From positions 81,687 through 113,686 of the forward strand of contig JBAZMW010000005.1 in NCBI GenBank assembly GCA_041649575.1: a stretch of DNA of 32,000 nt. Direction: 5' to 3'. The DNA is from Patescibacteria group bacterium (lineage in GTDB: Bacteria > Patescibacteriota > Patescibacteriia > 2-01-FULL-39-33). Position 1 is the first letter of the stretch. The number at the start of each line of letters is the position of its first letter. This document shows positions 1 to 9,318 of this stretch, piece by piece. The notes below the pieces were generated by a model. The model searched no databases. It was not told the DNA's origin and saw only the letters and a list, made by a program, of their open reading frames with translations. The position numbers were made by a program, and so were the translations under genes.

Positions 1-717
1 GACGAAAAAGATAAACAGCAAGCCCTGGCTGTTTTTGGGCATACGCTTTTAGAATTATCAAAAGTGATGGCGCCGTTTACTCCGTTTATCGCCGAGCAGG
101 TTTATAAGGAAGTGGGCCCGTCCAGCCAGGGTGGCCGGGCAAGCGGTGAGCAGGAATCAGTGCATTTAGAAAAATGGCCTGAAGAATCAGAAATATTAAT
201 TAAGGAAGAGGTTATTAAACAAATGGAACAGGTGAGAAAAATCGTAGAATTAGGCTTGGCCAAACGGGCCGAAGCGGGAATTAAGATTCGGCAGCCGCTC
301 GGAAACTTTCAATTTTCAATTTTCAATTTTCAAAATAACGCCGACCAGTATTTAAAAATTATCGCCGACGAACTTAATGTAAAAAAAGTTGTTTATAACA
401 AAAATCTCGGCCAAGAAATAGAGTTAGACACGGAGATTACCAAGGAGCTGAAGCTGGAGGGCGTGGCGCGAGAATTGGTTCGCACTATTAATAATTTGCG
501 CAGAGAGGCCGGGCTGACAATTCAAGATCAGATTAAAATTGACTGGCAATCGGAGGGCGAAACAATCAGGCAGGTTTTTGCGGTTGAAAGTTTAGTCGAG
601 GAGTTGAAAAGGGCAACGATTACCAAGGAATTTTTAGACAAGGACAACCAGGGCCAAGTGGCGGAAATCAATGGTGAAAAAATTAAGCTGGAAATAAACA
701 GGACCATACCTTCTTAA
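1..717 (+). CDS. ileS: Isoleucyl-tRNA synthetase, C-terminal part (5' truncated by window edge)
   Basis: Frame 1 is open from base 1 (DEKDKQQALAVFGHTLLELSKVMAPFTPFIAEQVY...) and continues into the listed ORF. The anticodon-binding/C-terminal signature ELVRTINNLRREAGLTIQDQIKI is typical of IleRS. Confidence 0.85.
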   Translation, partial: DEKDKQQALAVFGHTLLELSKVMAPFTPFIAEQVYKEVGPSSQGGRASGEQESVHLEKWPEESEILIKEEVIKQMEQVRKIVELGLAKRAEAGIKIRQPLGNFQFSIFNFQNNADQYLKIIADELNVKKVVYNKNLGQEIELDTEITKELKLEGVARELVRTINNLRREAGLTIQDQIKIDWQSEGETIRQVFAVESLVEELKRATITKEFLDKDNQGQVAEINGEKIKLEINRTIPS

Positions 718-724
718 GCTTAAA

Positions 725-760
725 TAAAAAAGACGAGCCCGATCCTTGCGTCTCGGGCTC
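725..760 (-). terminator. Rho-independent terminator, minus strand
   Basis: Minus-strand GAGCCCGA-GACGCAAGGA-TCGGGCTC (8-bp perfect stem) followed by GTCTTTTTT. Confidence 0.8.
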
Positions 761-781
761 TAACCTGCCGGTAGCAGTCCC

Positions 782-910
782 TTATTCTTCGGGGCTGCTC
801 CCATCGTCTTCTTCATCGCCAGTCCGCTCGCCTCTGGCGCCCACTAGATGGGCTACCATTGGTGCTTGCAGGACTGCCTGAAGGTGTTCTGGCAGAATTT
901 CTGTCGGCAT
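782..910 (-). CDS. Small acidic-tailed ORF, 42 aa: MPTEILPEHLQAVLQAPMVAHLVGARGERTGDEEDDGSSPEE
   Basis: ATG preceded by AAGGAG (AAGGAGAAAAGCATG), an upstream consensus promoter and a downstream terminator. Not in the supplied ORF track, probably because of its length. Confidence 0.55.
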   Translation of the reverse strand: MPTEILPEHLQAVLQAPMVAHLVGARGERTGDEEDDGSSPEE

Positions 911-947
911 GCTTTTCTCCTTGTATCAGCCAATGTGCGTAGGGTTT

Positions 948-976
948 ATTATATGTTATAAAGCTTCTTTCGTCAA
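948..976 (-). promoter_or_regulatory. Sigma70-like promoter for the 42-aa ORF
   Basis: Minus strand TTGACG - 17 nt - TATAAT. Confidence 0.65.
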
Positions 977-1004
977 GCTTTCTAGAATTTTTACTATTTT
1001 TATG

Positions 1005-1010
1005 TATAAT
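1005..1010 (+). promoter_or_regulatory. -10 box of ruvA
   Basis: TATAAT 8 nt upstream of the ruvA ATG. The -35 is weak (CTAGAA at 17 nt). Confidence 0.4.
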
Positions 1011-1018
1011 AAAGGTAT

Positions 1019-1597
1019 ATGATCGCTTATCTCAAGGGCCAAATTTATCATAAGTCCAGTTTTTTAAAAAAGGACAATTTTGTTGTTGTCAGTGTCGGCG
1101 GGGTGGGCTATAAAGTTTTTATTTTAAACAGGGAGGCGGAACATTTCAGTGTTAATGAGGAAGTGGAATTTCATGTTTACACTCAAGTGGCCGAGGGAGT
1201 GTTGGATTTGTATGGCTTTGTTTCCCGCGAAGAACTGGAGTTTTTTGAAGTGTTGATTTCTATTTCCGGCATCGGGCCGCGAAGCGCCCTGGGAATTTTA
1301 CAAAAAGCCAAACTTGATGATTTGAAAAAAGCGGCGCAATCGGGCAATGCCGAAGTGCTCAATAAAATTTCCGGCATCGGGCCCAAAACTGCGCAAAAAA
1401 TAGTTATTGGACTGAAAGACAAGCTGGCCGACAGCGATGGTGGCGGCGAGTGGGACGCACGGTTCGGCGACGCTTTGGAAGCGCTCATAGGGCTGGGTTA
1501 CTCTGCCAGTCAGGCACGAGAAGCGCTGAATTTGTGTCAGTCGCAAGAGATGACGGAAAAAGTCAAAGAGGCTTTAAAAATTCTAAGTCAAAAATAG
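1019..1597 (+). CDS. ruvA: Holliday junction branch migration protein RuvA
   Basis: 192 aa. MIAYLKGQI start, helix-hairpin-helix motifs GIGPRSALGIL and ISGIGPKTAQKIV, and C-terminal domain III LGYSASQAREAL. Confidence 0.95.
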   Translation: MIAYLKGQIYHKSSFLKKDNFVVVSVGGVGYKVFILNREAEHFSVNEEVEFHVYTQVAEGVLDLYGFVSREELEFFEVLISISGIGPRSALGILQKAKLDDLKKAAQSGNAEVLNKISGIGPKTAQKIVIGLKDKLADSDGGGEWDARFGDALEALIGLGYSASQAREALNLCQSQEMTEKVKEALKILSQK

Positions 1598-1607
1598 ATC
1601 AAAAAAT

Positions 1608-1639
1608 AAAAACAGACCGCCAGTTGGCGGCCTGTTTTT
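1608..1639. terminator. Bidirectional terminator between convergent ruvA and typA
   Basis: AAAAACAG a CCGCCA gt TGGCGG c CTGTTTTT: 8 + 6 bp stem with one mismatch and A/T tracts on both sides. Confidence 0.75.
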
Positions 1640-1649
1640 AGCTAAAAAG

Positions 1650-3437
1650 TTAAGAAGCTTTTCGGGCCTGTCTTAGTCTGTCTATTTCGGTCAGCAGTTG
1701 TTTGCGCAGGCGGATGCTCTGGGGAGTGATTTCTAAATATTCATCCTCGGCCATGGTTTCCAGCCCTCTTTCCAGGGTCAGCTGCCAAGGCGGAGTCAGC
1801 TTGATAGTTTCATCCGAGCCGGAGGCACGCATATTGGTTAGGTTTTTACCCTTAATGGGATTGACGGTTAAATCGTTGCCTTTGGCCACGTTGCCAATAA
1901 CTTGTCCCTCATAGAGATTCTCTCCCGGACCGATATAAAGCCAGCCGCGATTTTGCAGATTTTCCAAAGCATAGGCGGCGGCTTTGCCGCTGGACAGGGA
2001 AACCATCGAACCAACATCACGCTTATCGATGTTGCCAGCATAGGGCTTAAAGCCGATGAAGCGCGAGCAAAGAATGCCCTCGCCCCTGGTGTCGATGGTA
2101 AATTCGCCACGATAACCCAAAAGTCCGCGAGTCGGGATGTTAAAAATAATTTGATTCTGATTGTTGGTTTGTTTCATTTCCAAAATATTGGCGCGGCGTT
2201 TGGAGAGTTTTTCAATTACTACCCCGGCATAATCGCCAGGGACGCTAATGGTCACTTCTTCGTAAGGCTCTAGTTTTTGCCCGTCGGTTTCTTTGATAAT
2301 TACCTGTGGTTGGGAGATTTGCAGCTCAAAACCCTCGCGGCGCATGTTCTCTATCAGAATGGCGATATGCAATTCGCCGCGGCCGTAGACTTTGTAGAAT
2401 TCCGAAGCGGAAAAATCAACCTTTAGACCGACGTTAACCTCCAGTTCTTTAAGCAGACGTTCTTTAATTTGTTTGCTGGTGACCAGCTTACCTTCGCGGC
2501 CGCCGAACGGCGAGTTATTGACCAAAAAATTCAGACAGATGGTCGGCTCGTCAATGGAAATCGCCGGCAACGGCTCCTGGTCGGCGAAAGAACAGACGGT
2601 TTCCCCGATATAAATATCGGGCAGCCCCGCAATAATTATAATATCGCCGGCAGTGGCGCTCTGCGCCTCTTCTCTTTTTAGGCCGTTGAAAGTAAAAAGT
2701 TTGGTGATTTTTCCGCTGCGGGTTTCGCCGTTGGCTTTTTTTATTATCACATTGTCGCCGGTTCCAACCAGGCCTTCATAAATACGGCCAATAGCCAGAC
2801 GCCCCAAAAAATCATCATAAGCCAGATTGAAAGGTTGGAGCCGCAGGGGCTTGGCGGTGTCGGAAAGGGCGGGAGCGACTTTGGCAATAATTGTCTCCAG
2901 TAGCGGCGTTAAATCATTTGAGCGGTCGTCTAGGTTTAATTTGGCGACTCCTTCACGGGCCACCGTATAAACCACCGGAAAATCCAATTGTTCATCACTG
3001 GCTCCCAAATCCAAAAATAACTCATAGACTTCTTCTTGCACTATTTCCGGCCGGGCGGCGGTTTTGTCGATTTTATTGATCACCACTATCGGTTCGAGTC
3101 CCAATTCCAGTGATTTTTTTAGAACAAAACGGGTTTGAGGCATGGGGCCTTCCTGGGCGTCAACCACCAAAATGACCGAGTCGATTGAGCGCAATACCCG
3201 CTCCACTTCCGAACCAAAATCAGCGTGTCCGGGAGTATCGACGATGTTGATTTTGGTGTTTTTATAGAATAAAGAAGCGTTTTTTGAATAAATAGTTATG
3301 CCACGTTCTTTTTCCAAGGCATTGGTGTCCATGCTAAAATCAGCCGTCACCATGCCGGTTTGTTTAAGCAACTGATCGGTTAAAGCGGTTTTGCCATGAT
3401 CGACGTGAGCGATGATGGCGATATTTCTGATTTCCAT
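1650..3437 (-). CDS. typA: Translational GTPase TypA/BipA
   Basis: 595 aa. G1 [32 protein letters not shown]; C-terminal TypA-type region RRANILEM...[10 protein letters not shown]...[13 protein letters not shown]. Confidence 0.97.
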   Translation of the reverse strand: MEIRNIAIIAHVDHGKTALTDQLLKQTGMVTADFSMDTNALEKERGITIYSKNASLFYKNTKINIVDTPGHADFGSEVERVLRSIDSVILVVDAQEGPMPQTRFVLKKSLELGLEPIVVINKIDKTAARPEIVQEEVYELFLDLGASDEQLDFPVVYTVAREGVAKLNLDDRSNDLTPLLETIIAKVAPALSDTAKPLRLQPFNLAYDDFLGRLAIGRIYEGLVGTGDNVIIKKANGETRSGKITKLFTFNGLKREEAQSATAGDIIIIAGLPDIYIGETVCSFADQEPLPAISIDEPTICLNFLVNNSPFGGREGKLVTSKQIKERLLKELEVNVGLKVDFSASEFYKVYGRGELHIAILIENMRREGFELQISQPQVIIKETDGQKLEPYEEVTISVPGDYAGVVIEKLSKRRANILEMKQTNNQNQIIFNIPTRGLLGYRGEFTIDTRGEGILCSRFIGFKPYAGNIDKRDVGSMVSLSSGKAAAYALENLQNRGWLYIGPGENLYEGQVIGNVAKGNDLTVNPIKGKNLTNMRASGSDETIKLTPPWQLTLERGLETMAEDEYLEITPQSIRLRKQLLTEIDRLRQARKAS

Positions 3438-3468
3438 GAATTTTTAAAAATAAATCGTCTGAGTAGAA

Positions 3469-3497
3469 ACTCTAACACATTTTTTGTTTTTAGTCAA
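3469..3497 (-). promoter_or_regulatory. Promoter of typA
   Basis: Minus strand TTGACT - 17 nt - TAGAGT, ~32 nt upstream of the ATG. Confidence 0.5.
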
Positions 3498-3553
3498 AAT
3501 AAAAAAGCCAACATAGCTTTAAAAGATGGTTGATTATTAATTTTTTACGGAGA

Positions 3554-4192
3554 TTATTTTTTACTAGGCAGTTTGCGTCTTAGTAATTCGACCAATATAG
3601 GGACTAAGGAAATGACTATAATTGCCATGATAGCCAGACTGAAGTTTTCTTTCACCCAACTAATATTGCCGAAGAAATAGCCGGTTAAAAAGAAGAGGAG
3701 TACCCAAATAATCCCCCCAAAAATATTATAAGCTAAAAATTTGGGATACTTCATCTTGCCCATGCCGGCGACAAAAGGAGCAAAAGTCCTGATAATAGGA
3801 ATGAACCGGGCAAGGATAATTGTTTTGGCACCGTGCTTTTCATAAAAATTTTCAGCCCTTTTCAGATTACCCTGGTTAAAGAACCAGCTGTTTTCTCGGG
3901 TAAAAAGCTTCCTGCCGAATTTTTTCCCCAGCCAGTAATTGACGGAATCGCCCAAAACTGCCGCCAAGCAGAAAATAAGAAGAGTCAGATAAAAGTGAAG
4001 CAAACCGATAGCGGCAAAAGTTCCAGCCGCGAACAATAAAGAATCGCCGGGCAGAAAGGGCATAACAACCAATCCGGTCTCCACAAAAATAATCAGAAAT
4101 AACAAAGAATAAATCAAAGAGCCATAGGTGTTAATTATTAATCCCAGGTACTCGTCGATGTGTAAAATGATTTCTAGCAGTTGAATAAACAT
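3554..4192 (-). CDS. DedA/SNARE-associated (VTT-domain) family membrane protein
   Basis: 212 aa. Multiple hydrophobic segments; FLPGDSLLFAAG and GKKFGRKLF...RFIPIIRTFAPFVAGMGKM are DedA-family hallmarks. Confidence 0.9.
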   Translation of the reverse strand: MFIQLLEIILHIDEYLGLIINTYGSLIYSLLFLIIFVETGLVVMPFLPGDSLLFAAGTFAAIGLLHFYLTLLIFCLAAVLGDSVNYWLGKKFGRKLFTRENSWFFNQGNLKRAENFYEKHGAKTIILARFIPIIRTFAPFVAGMGKMKYPKFLAYNIFGGIIWVLLFFLTGYFFGNISWVKENFSLAIMAIIVISLVPILVELLRRKLPSKK

Positions 4193-4198
4193 AAAAAT

Positions 4199-4227
4199 AT
4201 TATAACCTCTGGCTGTTTTTCTGGCAA
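4199..4227 (-). promoter_or_regulatory. Promoter of the DedA-family gene (predicted leaderless)
   Basis: Minus strand TTGCCA - 17 nt - TATAAT, with the -10 ending 6 nt before the ATG. Confidence 0.6.
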
Positions 4228-4254
4228 TTGTCAGAAAAATAAGGAAGTGATAAG

Positions 4255-5640
4255 ATGTTGGTAATAAAGAAAATTATAAGGATGAAAACACTGTTAAAAA
4301 AAATAATTCCCAAAAATTTACTAAACCAATATTATAGAATGTTGGCGCTTTTTGCTAATTATTTTTACTTAAAACCAGCGGAGAAGATGGTGGTTATTGG
4401 TGTCACTGGCACCAATGGCAAATCCACCACCTGCCTGCTAATAGCCAAAATCTTAGAAGAGGCTGGCTATAAGGCAGGAATCACCTCCACCGCGATTTTT
4501 AAAGTGGCCGACCAGGAATGGCTCAATGATATTAAAATGACTATGCCGGGCCGTTTGGCTTTGCAAAAAATGTTAAAGAGAATGCTAAAAGCCGGCTGCA
4601 GGTATGCGGTGGTCGAGACCTCGTCAGAAGGGATCAAACAGTTCAGGCATTTGGGAATCCATTATGATCTCGGCGTTTTTACCAACCTAACCCCAGAGCA
4701 CATAGAGTCGCACGGCGGTTTTGCCAACTATAAAAAAGCCAAATTAAAATTATTTGAGCATTTAGAGAAGCAGCCGAACAAAATCATAGCAAACAAAAAA
4801 ATTAAAGAGGTAATCGTGGCCAATGGCGATGATGAGCACGTCAAGGACTTTCTAAATTTTAAAGTTGATGAAAAATATGTTTATCAAGTTCAAGGTTCAG
4901 AAGCGGAAATCTCGGACAAATTTAGGACTGAAAATTTAGAACTGAAAATTCTCAAAGCCGAAGAAGTTAGGTTTTTGAATCAAGGAATTTATTTTAGGCT
5001 GGAAAACATAGAATTTAATTTGAAATTGTTTGGGCGGTTTAATGTTTATAATGCCTTGGCGGCGATAGCGGTGGCGTTGTCGCAAGGCGTGCCGCTAACA
5101 ATTTGTAAGGCGGCTCTGGAAAAGGTGGAGGTGATGCCCGGCCGGATGGAATTCATAAACGAAGGTCAGGATTTTAAATTTTTGGTTGATTACGCGCCCG
5201 AACCGGAGAGTATGAAGCAACTTTATCAGGCTATAGACGATTATAACATCAGGGCCGGAGGTAGAATTATACATATTTTTGGTTCTTGTGGCGGCGGGCG
5301 GGATAAGGCGCGTCGGCCGATTTTGGGACAGATGGTGGCGCAGAGGGCGGATTTTTTGATTATAACCAACGAAGATCCTTATGACGACAGTCCCCAACTG
5401 ATCATTGATCAGGTGGCTCAAGGGGCGCAAAGCGAAGGAAAAGTAGTAGGAGAAAATTTATTTAAAATTTTAGATCGGCGTGAAGCCATAAAATTTGCTT
5501 TAAATTTAGCCAAGAAAAATGATTTAATAATACTTACCGGAAAGGCCTGTGAGCAAGCAATCTGCGTGGCTAATGGTCAAAAAATTCCCTGGGACGATCG
5601 AAAAGTGGCCAGAGGAGAATTAAAAATGATTAAAAAATAA
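4255..5640 (+). CDS. Mur ligase family protein, MurE-like
   Basis: 461 aa. P-loop GVTGTNGKST, KMTMPGR, VVETSSEGIKQFR, FTNLTPEHIESHG, GSCGGGRDKARRP, LTGKACEQ. Closest in style to MurE, but with a short N-terminus and an altered specificity motif. Confidence 0.8.
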   Translation: MLVIKKIIRMKTLLKKIIPKNLLNQYYRMLALFANYFYLKPAEKMVVIGVTGTNGKSTTCLLIAKILEEAGYKAGITSTAIFKVADQEWLNDIKMTMPGRLALQKMLKRMLKAGCRYAVVETSSEGIKQFRHLGIHYDLGVFTNLTPEHIESHGGFANYKKAKLKLFEHLEKQPNKIIANKKIKEVIVANGDDEHVKDFLNFKVDEKYVYQVQGSEAEISDKFRTENLELKILKAEEVRFLNQGIYFRLENIEFNLKLFGRFNVYNALAAIAVALSQGVPLTICKAALEKVEVMPGRMEFINEGQDFKFLVDYAPEPESMKQLYQAIDDYNIRAGGRIIHIFGSCGGGRDKARRPILGQMVAQRADFLIITNEDPYDDSPQLIIDQVAQGAQSEGKVVGENLFKILDRREAIKFALNLAKKNDLIILTGKACEQAICVANGQKIPWDDRKVARGELKMIKK

Positions 5641-5727
5641 GGAATTTTTTAATAACTGTGGATAACTTGGGTAAATTATTTTTTAATATAAAGGCATTTT
5701 TTGATTTTAATTGTTAATTTTTATCAA

Positions 5728-5751
5728 TTTTTATCTAAATTTAGATAAAAA
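5728..5751. repeat. 24-bp perfect palindrome upstream of rpoB promoters
   Basis: TTTTTATCTAAATTTAGATAAAAA. Confidence 0.8.
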
Positions 5752-5761
5752 ATAAATTAAT

Positions 5762-5790
5762 TTGACTTTTTTATTTTTTTTACTTAAAAC
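5762..5790 (+). promoter_or_regulatory. Candidate upstream promoter P1 of rpoBC
   Basis: TTGACT - 17 nt - TAAAAC. Confidence 0.4.
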
Positions 5791-5792
5791 CG

Positions 5793-5822
5793 TTGACTTT
5801 TTAAGGTCGTTTCTGTTAATAT
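5793..5822 (+). promoter_or_regulatory. Candidate promoter P2 of rpoBC
   Basis: TTGACT - 18 nt - TAATAT. Confidence 0.6.
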
Positions 5823-5871
5823 AAAGTTAATGGTTTTTTAGTTCGATTTTTTCTAAAAATCACTCTAACAA

Positions 5872-5920
5872 ACCCTACTATTAGAAGTCATTGGGTTAAT
5901 AACCTTCAGAAATAGTGGGT
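5872..5920 (+). promoter_or_regulatory. Hairpin in the rpoBC 5' leader
   Basis: ACCC(T)ACTATT (5872-5882) pairs with AATAGTGGGT (5911-5920): 10 bp with one bulge. Inner complementary segments GTT/AAC are also present. Confidence 0.55.
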
Positions 5921-6019
5921 AAAAGCAAAAAACAAACCTAAATTCACATCTGACTCATTTCTAGTTTAATCAAAATCCGGCCGGGAACCGGAAAAAAACG
6001 AAAGAAATGAGGATTTTTT

Positions 6020-9000
6020 ATGTCTCAACAAAACCAGGACAATAAAAAAGTCATTAATGGCCGGGTTAGTTTTTCTGGCCAAGATTCTTGGCAGCAACCG
6101 CCAGATCTTATAGAATTGCAAAAAAAGTCTTACAAACTTTTTTGGCAGGAAGGATTGAACGAGTTGTTTGAGGAAGTCTCTCCGATTACGGATTTTATTG
6201 GCCGTGACCTGGAACTCTATTTTGGTAATTACTTTTTGGACGAAGCCAAATTTGACGAAGCTACTTCCAAGGAAAAGAATATTTCTTTTGAAGCGCCGCT
6301 AAGAGTCAACGCCAAGCTGGTCAATAAAAAAACAGGCCAGACAATGGAGCAGGAAGTTTTCTTGGGCGATTTTCCGCTAATGACCGAAAGGGGAACTTTC
6401 ATTATTAATGGTATTGAGAGAGTAGTGGTGTCGCAACTAATCCGCTCGGCCGGAGTTTTTTTTACGGCTCAAAAATGGGGTGACCGTAATTTTTATGGCG
6501 CTAAAATCATTCCCAACCGAGGCTCCTGGCTGGAGTTTGAAACAGATTCCAATGGAGTGGTTTGGGTAAAAATCGATCGCAAAAGAAAAGTAGCCGCCAC
6601 CGCCCTGTTAAGAGCCTTTGGTTTTTCTAGCGATGAAGAGATAACGAATTTATTTAAAGAGACGACGGATAAGTTTGAAATTAACAATATCGAAGCCACC
6701 TTAAGAAAAGATTCTTCCAAAAACGAGGTTGACGGTCTGATAGAGGTTTATAAACGCATTCGGCCTGGTGATTTGGCGACTGCCGATAACGCCAAGCAGC
6801 TGATTGACAATATGTTTTTTAATTTTGCTCGCTATGATTTTGGCAGCATTGGCCGTTACAAAATGAACCAACGTTTTGTTCAGAAGTTGGCAATCAATAA
6901 AGAAAACAGAGTTTTATTGAAGGACGACATTATTAATATTTTGAAAGAAATCGTCCGTCTGAACAACACCCAAGAGGGGCCGGACGACATCGATCATTTG
7001 GGTAATCGCCGGGTGCGCGCCGTGGGCGAATTGATTCAAAATAAATTTCGAATCGGTTTGATCAGGATGGAACGCATCGTCAAAGATCGGATGAGCACCC
7101 TAGACATTAATACCTTGACGCCCAACAAGCTGATTAACGCTCGGCCGGTTATCAGCGCGGTAAAAGAATTTTTTATGTCCAGCCAATTGTCGCAATTTAT
7201 GGATCAGGTCAATCCTTTGGCTGAACTGGAGCACAAAAGAAGGTTGTCAGCCATGGGTCCGGGTGGCTTGTCCAGAGAACGGGCCAGTTTTGAAGTTCGT
7301 GACGTGCACCAAACTCATTATGGTCGCATTTGTCCGATTGCCACTCCGGAAGGCCCGAATATCGGTTTGGTGGGGCATTTATCAACTTTTGCTCGGGTCA
7401 ACAATTACGGTTTTATTGAGACGCCCTATTATAAAACGGAAAAGGATCAAGCTGGCCGGCCGCGAGTCACCAAAGAGCTGGTTTATATCGACGCTATCGA
7501 AGAAAGCCGTTCTACTACCACTCCTTCAACCACCAAAATTGATAAAGACGGGTATTTTTTGGAAGAAAAAACGGAGGCCAGAGTTAGGCTTAACCCGACT
7601 ATCACCAATGTTAAAAACATTGATTATATGGACGTGGCCTCCAATCAGATTGTCTCGGTGGCGACATCCTTGATTCCTTTTTTGGAGCATGACGACGCGG
7701 TGAGAGCGCTGATGGGAACGAACATGCAACGCCAGGCGGTTTCTTGCATCAGGCCACAGGCGCCGCTAGTGGGCACGGGCATCGAGGCCAAGGCCGCTTA
7801 TGATTCTGGTCATTTGATTATTGCCGAAGAGGCGGGCGAAGTGATAGATATTAGCGGCGATAAAATCGAGGTTCTGAACAAAAATAATCACATTAATTCT
7901 TATCGTTTGAATAAGTTTGTCCGTTCCAACGCCACCACCTGCATCAATCAAAAGCCGCTAGTGGAAAAGGGACAGAAGGTTAAAAAGGGCGAGATTCTGG
8001 CTGACGGACCGTCTATTGATCATGGCGAACTGGCTTTGGGCCAAAATATTCTGGTGGCCTTCATGCCTTGGCAAGGCTATAACTACGAAGACGCGATTAT
8101 TATCTCTGAACGTTTAATCCAGCAAGATCGTTACTCTTCGATTCATATAGAAAATTATGTTTGCGAAGTGCGGGAAACCAAACTGGGTCCGGAAGTGGTC
8201 ACTTCCGACATACCAAACGTTTCGGAAGAAAAATTAAAAGATTTGGATGAAGAGGGAATTGTGCGAATCGGCGCCAATGTGAGAAGCGGCGATATTTTGG
8301 TCGGCAAAATCACACCCAAAGGCGAAACGGAATTATCGGCGGAAGAAAAGCTACTGCGGGCAATTTTCGGAGAAAAAGCCAGAGACGTCCGTGATTCTTC
8401 TCTGTATCTCGAGCACGGGTCTTCGGGCAAGGTGATTGATATCAAGATTTTTTCCAGAGAGAATGGCGATAAATTGTCGGCTGGCATGATTAAGATGGTC
8501 CAGGTGACGGTGGCTTCTTTACGCAAGGTTCAGGTGGGCGACAAAATGGCCGGCCGTCATGGCAATAAGGGAGTTATTTCCAAAGTGGTGCCGGTGGAAG
8601 ACCTGCCTTATTTGGAAGATGGCCGGCCGGTGGATATCATTCTTTCTCCTTTAGGCGTTGTTTCGCGTATGAATCTGGGACAAATTTTGGAAACCCACAT
8701 GGGTCTGGCCGCCAAAGCCCTGGGTTACAAAGTGATGACGCCGGTTTTCAACGGAATTAGCGAAGAGACGATAAGAGACGAACTAGAACTGGCCGGCTTT
8801 AGTCGCGATGGCCGGATTCAGCTCTATGACGGCCGAACCGGAGAGCCTTTCGATAAAAAAACCACGGTGGGTTATATTTATATGATGAAATTAAATCATC
8901 TGGTGGAAGATAAAATCCACCAGCGATCTATTGGCCCTTATTCTTTGATTACTCAGCAGCCTTTGGGCGGCAAGGCGCAGTTTGGCGGCCAGAGATTTGG

Positions 9001-9292
9001 CGAGATGGAAGTCTGGGCCCTGGAAGGTTATGGCGCGGCTCATACTTTGCAAGAAATTTTAACCATCAAATCCGACGACGTGGTCGGCCGCTCCAAAACC
9101 TATGAAGCCATCATCAAAGGCGAGCCGATAGATAATTTGAATATCCCAGAGAGTTTCAACGTTTTGGTCAGGGAGTTGAAAGGATTGTGCCTGAACGTGG
9201 ATTTGCTCGGTGGCGGCAAAGTACAGCCCGAACCATCGGTGGAAGAAGAAATTGAGGCGGAAGAGATGCCCAAAAAAAGAAAAAATAAATAA
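6020..9292 (+). CDS. rpoB: DNA-directed RNA polymerase subunit beta
   Basis: 1090 aa. [94 protein letters not shown]. Confidence 0.98.
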   Translation: MSQQNQDNKKVINGRVSFSGQDSWQQPPDLIELQKKSYKLFWQEGLNELFEEVSPITDFIGRDLELYFGNYFLDEAKFDEATSKEKNISFEAPLRVNAKLVNKKTGQTMEQEVFLGDFPLMTERGTFIINGIERVVVSQLIRSAGVFFTAQKWGDRNFYGAKIIPNRGSWLEFETDSNGVVWVKIDRKRKVAATALLRAFGFSSDEEITNLFKETTDKFEINNIEATLRKDSSKNEVDGLIEVYKRIRPGDLATADNAKQLIDNMFFNFARYDFGSIGRYKMNQRFVQKLAINKENRVLLKDDIINILKEIVRLNNTQEGPDDIDHLGNRRVRAVGELIQNKFRIGLIRMERIVKDRMSTLDINTLTPNKLINARPVISAVKEFFMSSQLSQFMDQVNPLAELEHKRRLSAMGPGGLSRERASFEVRDVHQTHYGRICPIATPEGPNIGLVGHLSTFARVNNYGFIETPYYKTEKDQAGRPRVTKELVYIDAIEESRSTTTPSTTKIDKDGYFLEEKTEARVRLNPTITNVKNIDYMDVASNQIVSVATSLIPFLEHDDAVRALMGTNMQRQAVSCIRPQAPLVGTGIEAKAAYDSGHLIIAEEAGEVIDISGDKIEVLNKNNHINSYRLNKFVRSNATTCINQKPLVEKGQKVKKGEILADGPSIDHGELALGQNILVAFMPWQGYNYEDAIIISERLIQQDRYSSIHIENYVCEVRETKLGPEVVTSDIPNVSEEKLKDLDEEGIVRIGANVRSGDILVGKITPKGETELSAEEKLLRAIFGEKARDVRDSSLYLEHGSSGKVIDIKIFSRENGDKLSAGMIKMVQVTVASLRKVQVGDKMAGRHGNKGVISKVVPVEDLPYLEDGRPVDIILSPLGVVSRMNLGQILETHMGLAAKALGYKVMTPVFNGISEETIRDELELAGFSRDGRIQLYDGRTGEPFDKKTTVGYIYMMKLNHLVEDKIHQRSIGPYSLITQQPLGGKAQFGGQRFGEMEVWALEGYGAAHTLQEILTIKSDDVVGRSKTYEAIIKGEPIDNLNIPESFNVLVRELKGLCLNVDLLGGGKVQPEPSVEEEIEAEEMPKKRKNK

Positions 9293-9318
9293 TCGTTTTA
9301 ATTTTTTCAGCAAAGCCT

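Noticed and set aside
725-941. Possible SRP, 6S or tmRNA gene in the ileS-ruvA gap
   Set aside because: No SRP GGAA tetraloop/consensus, no tRNA-like acceptor with tag reading frame, and no 6S-like long symmetric stem with central bubble could be recognised.
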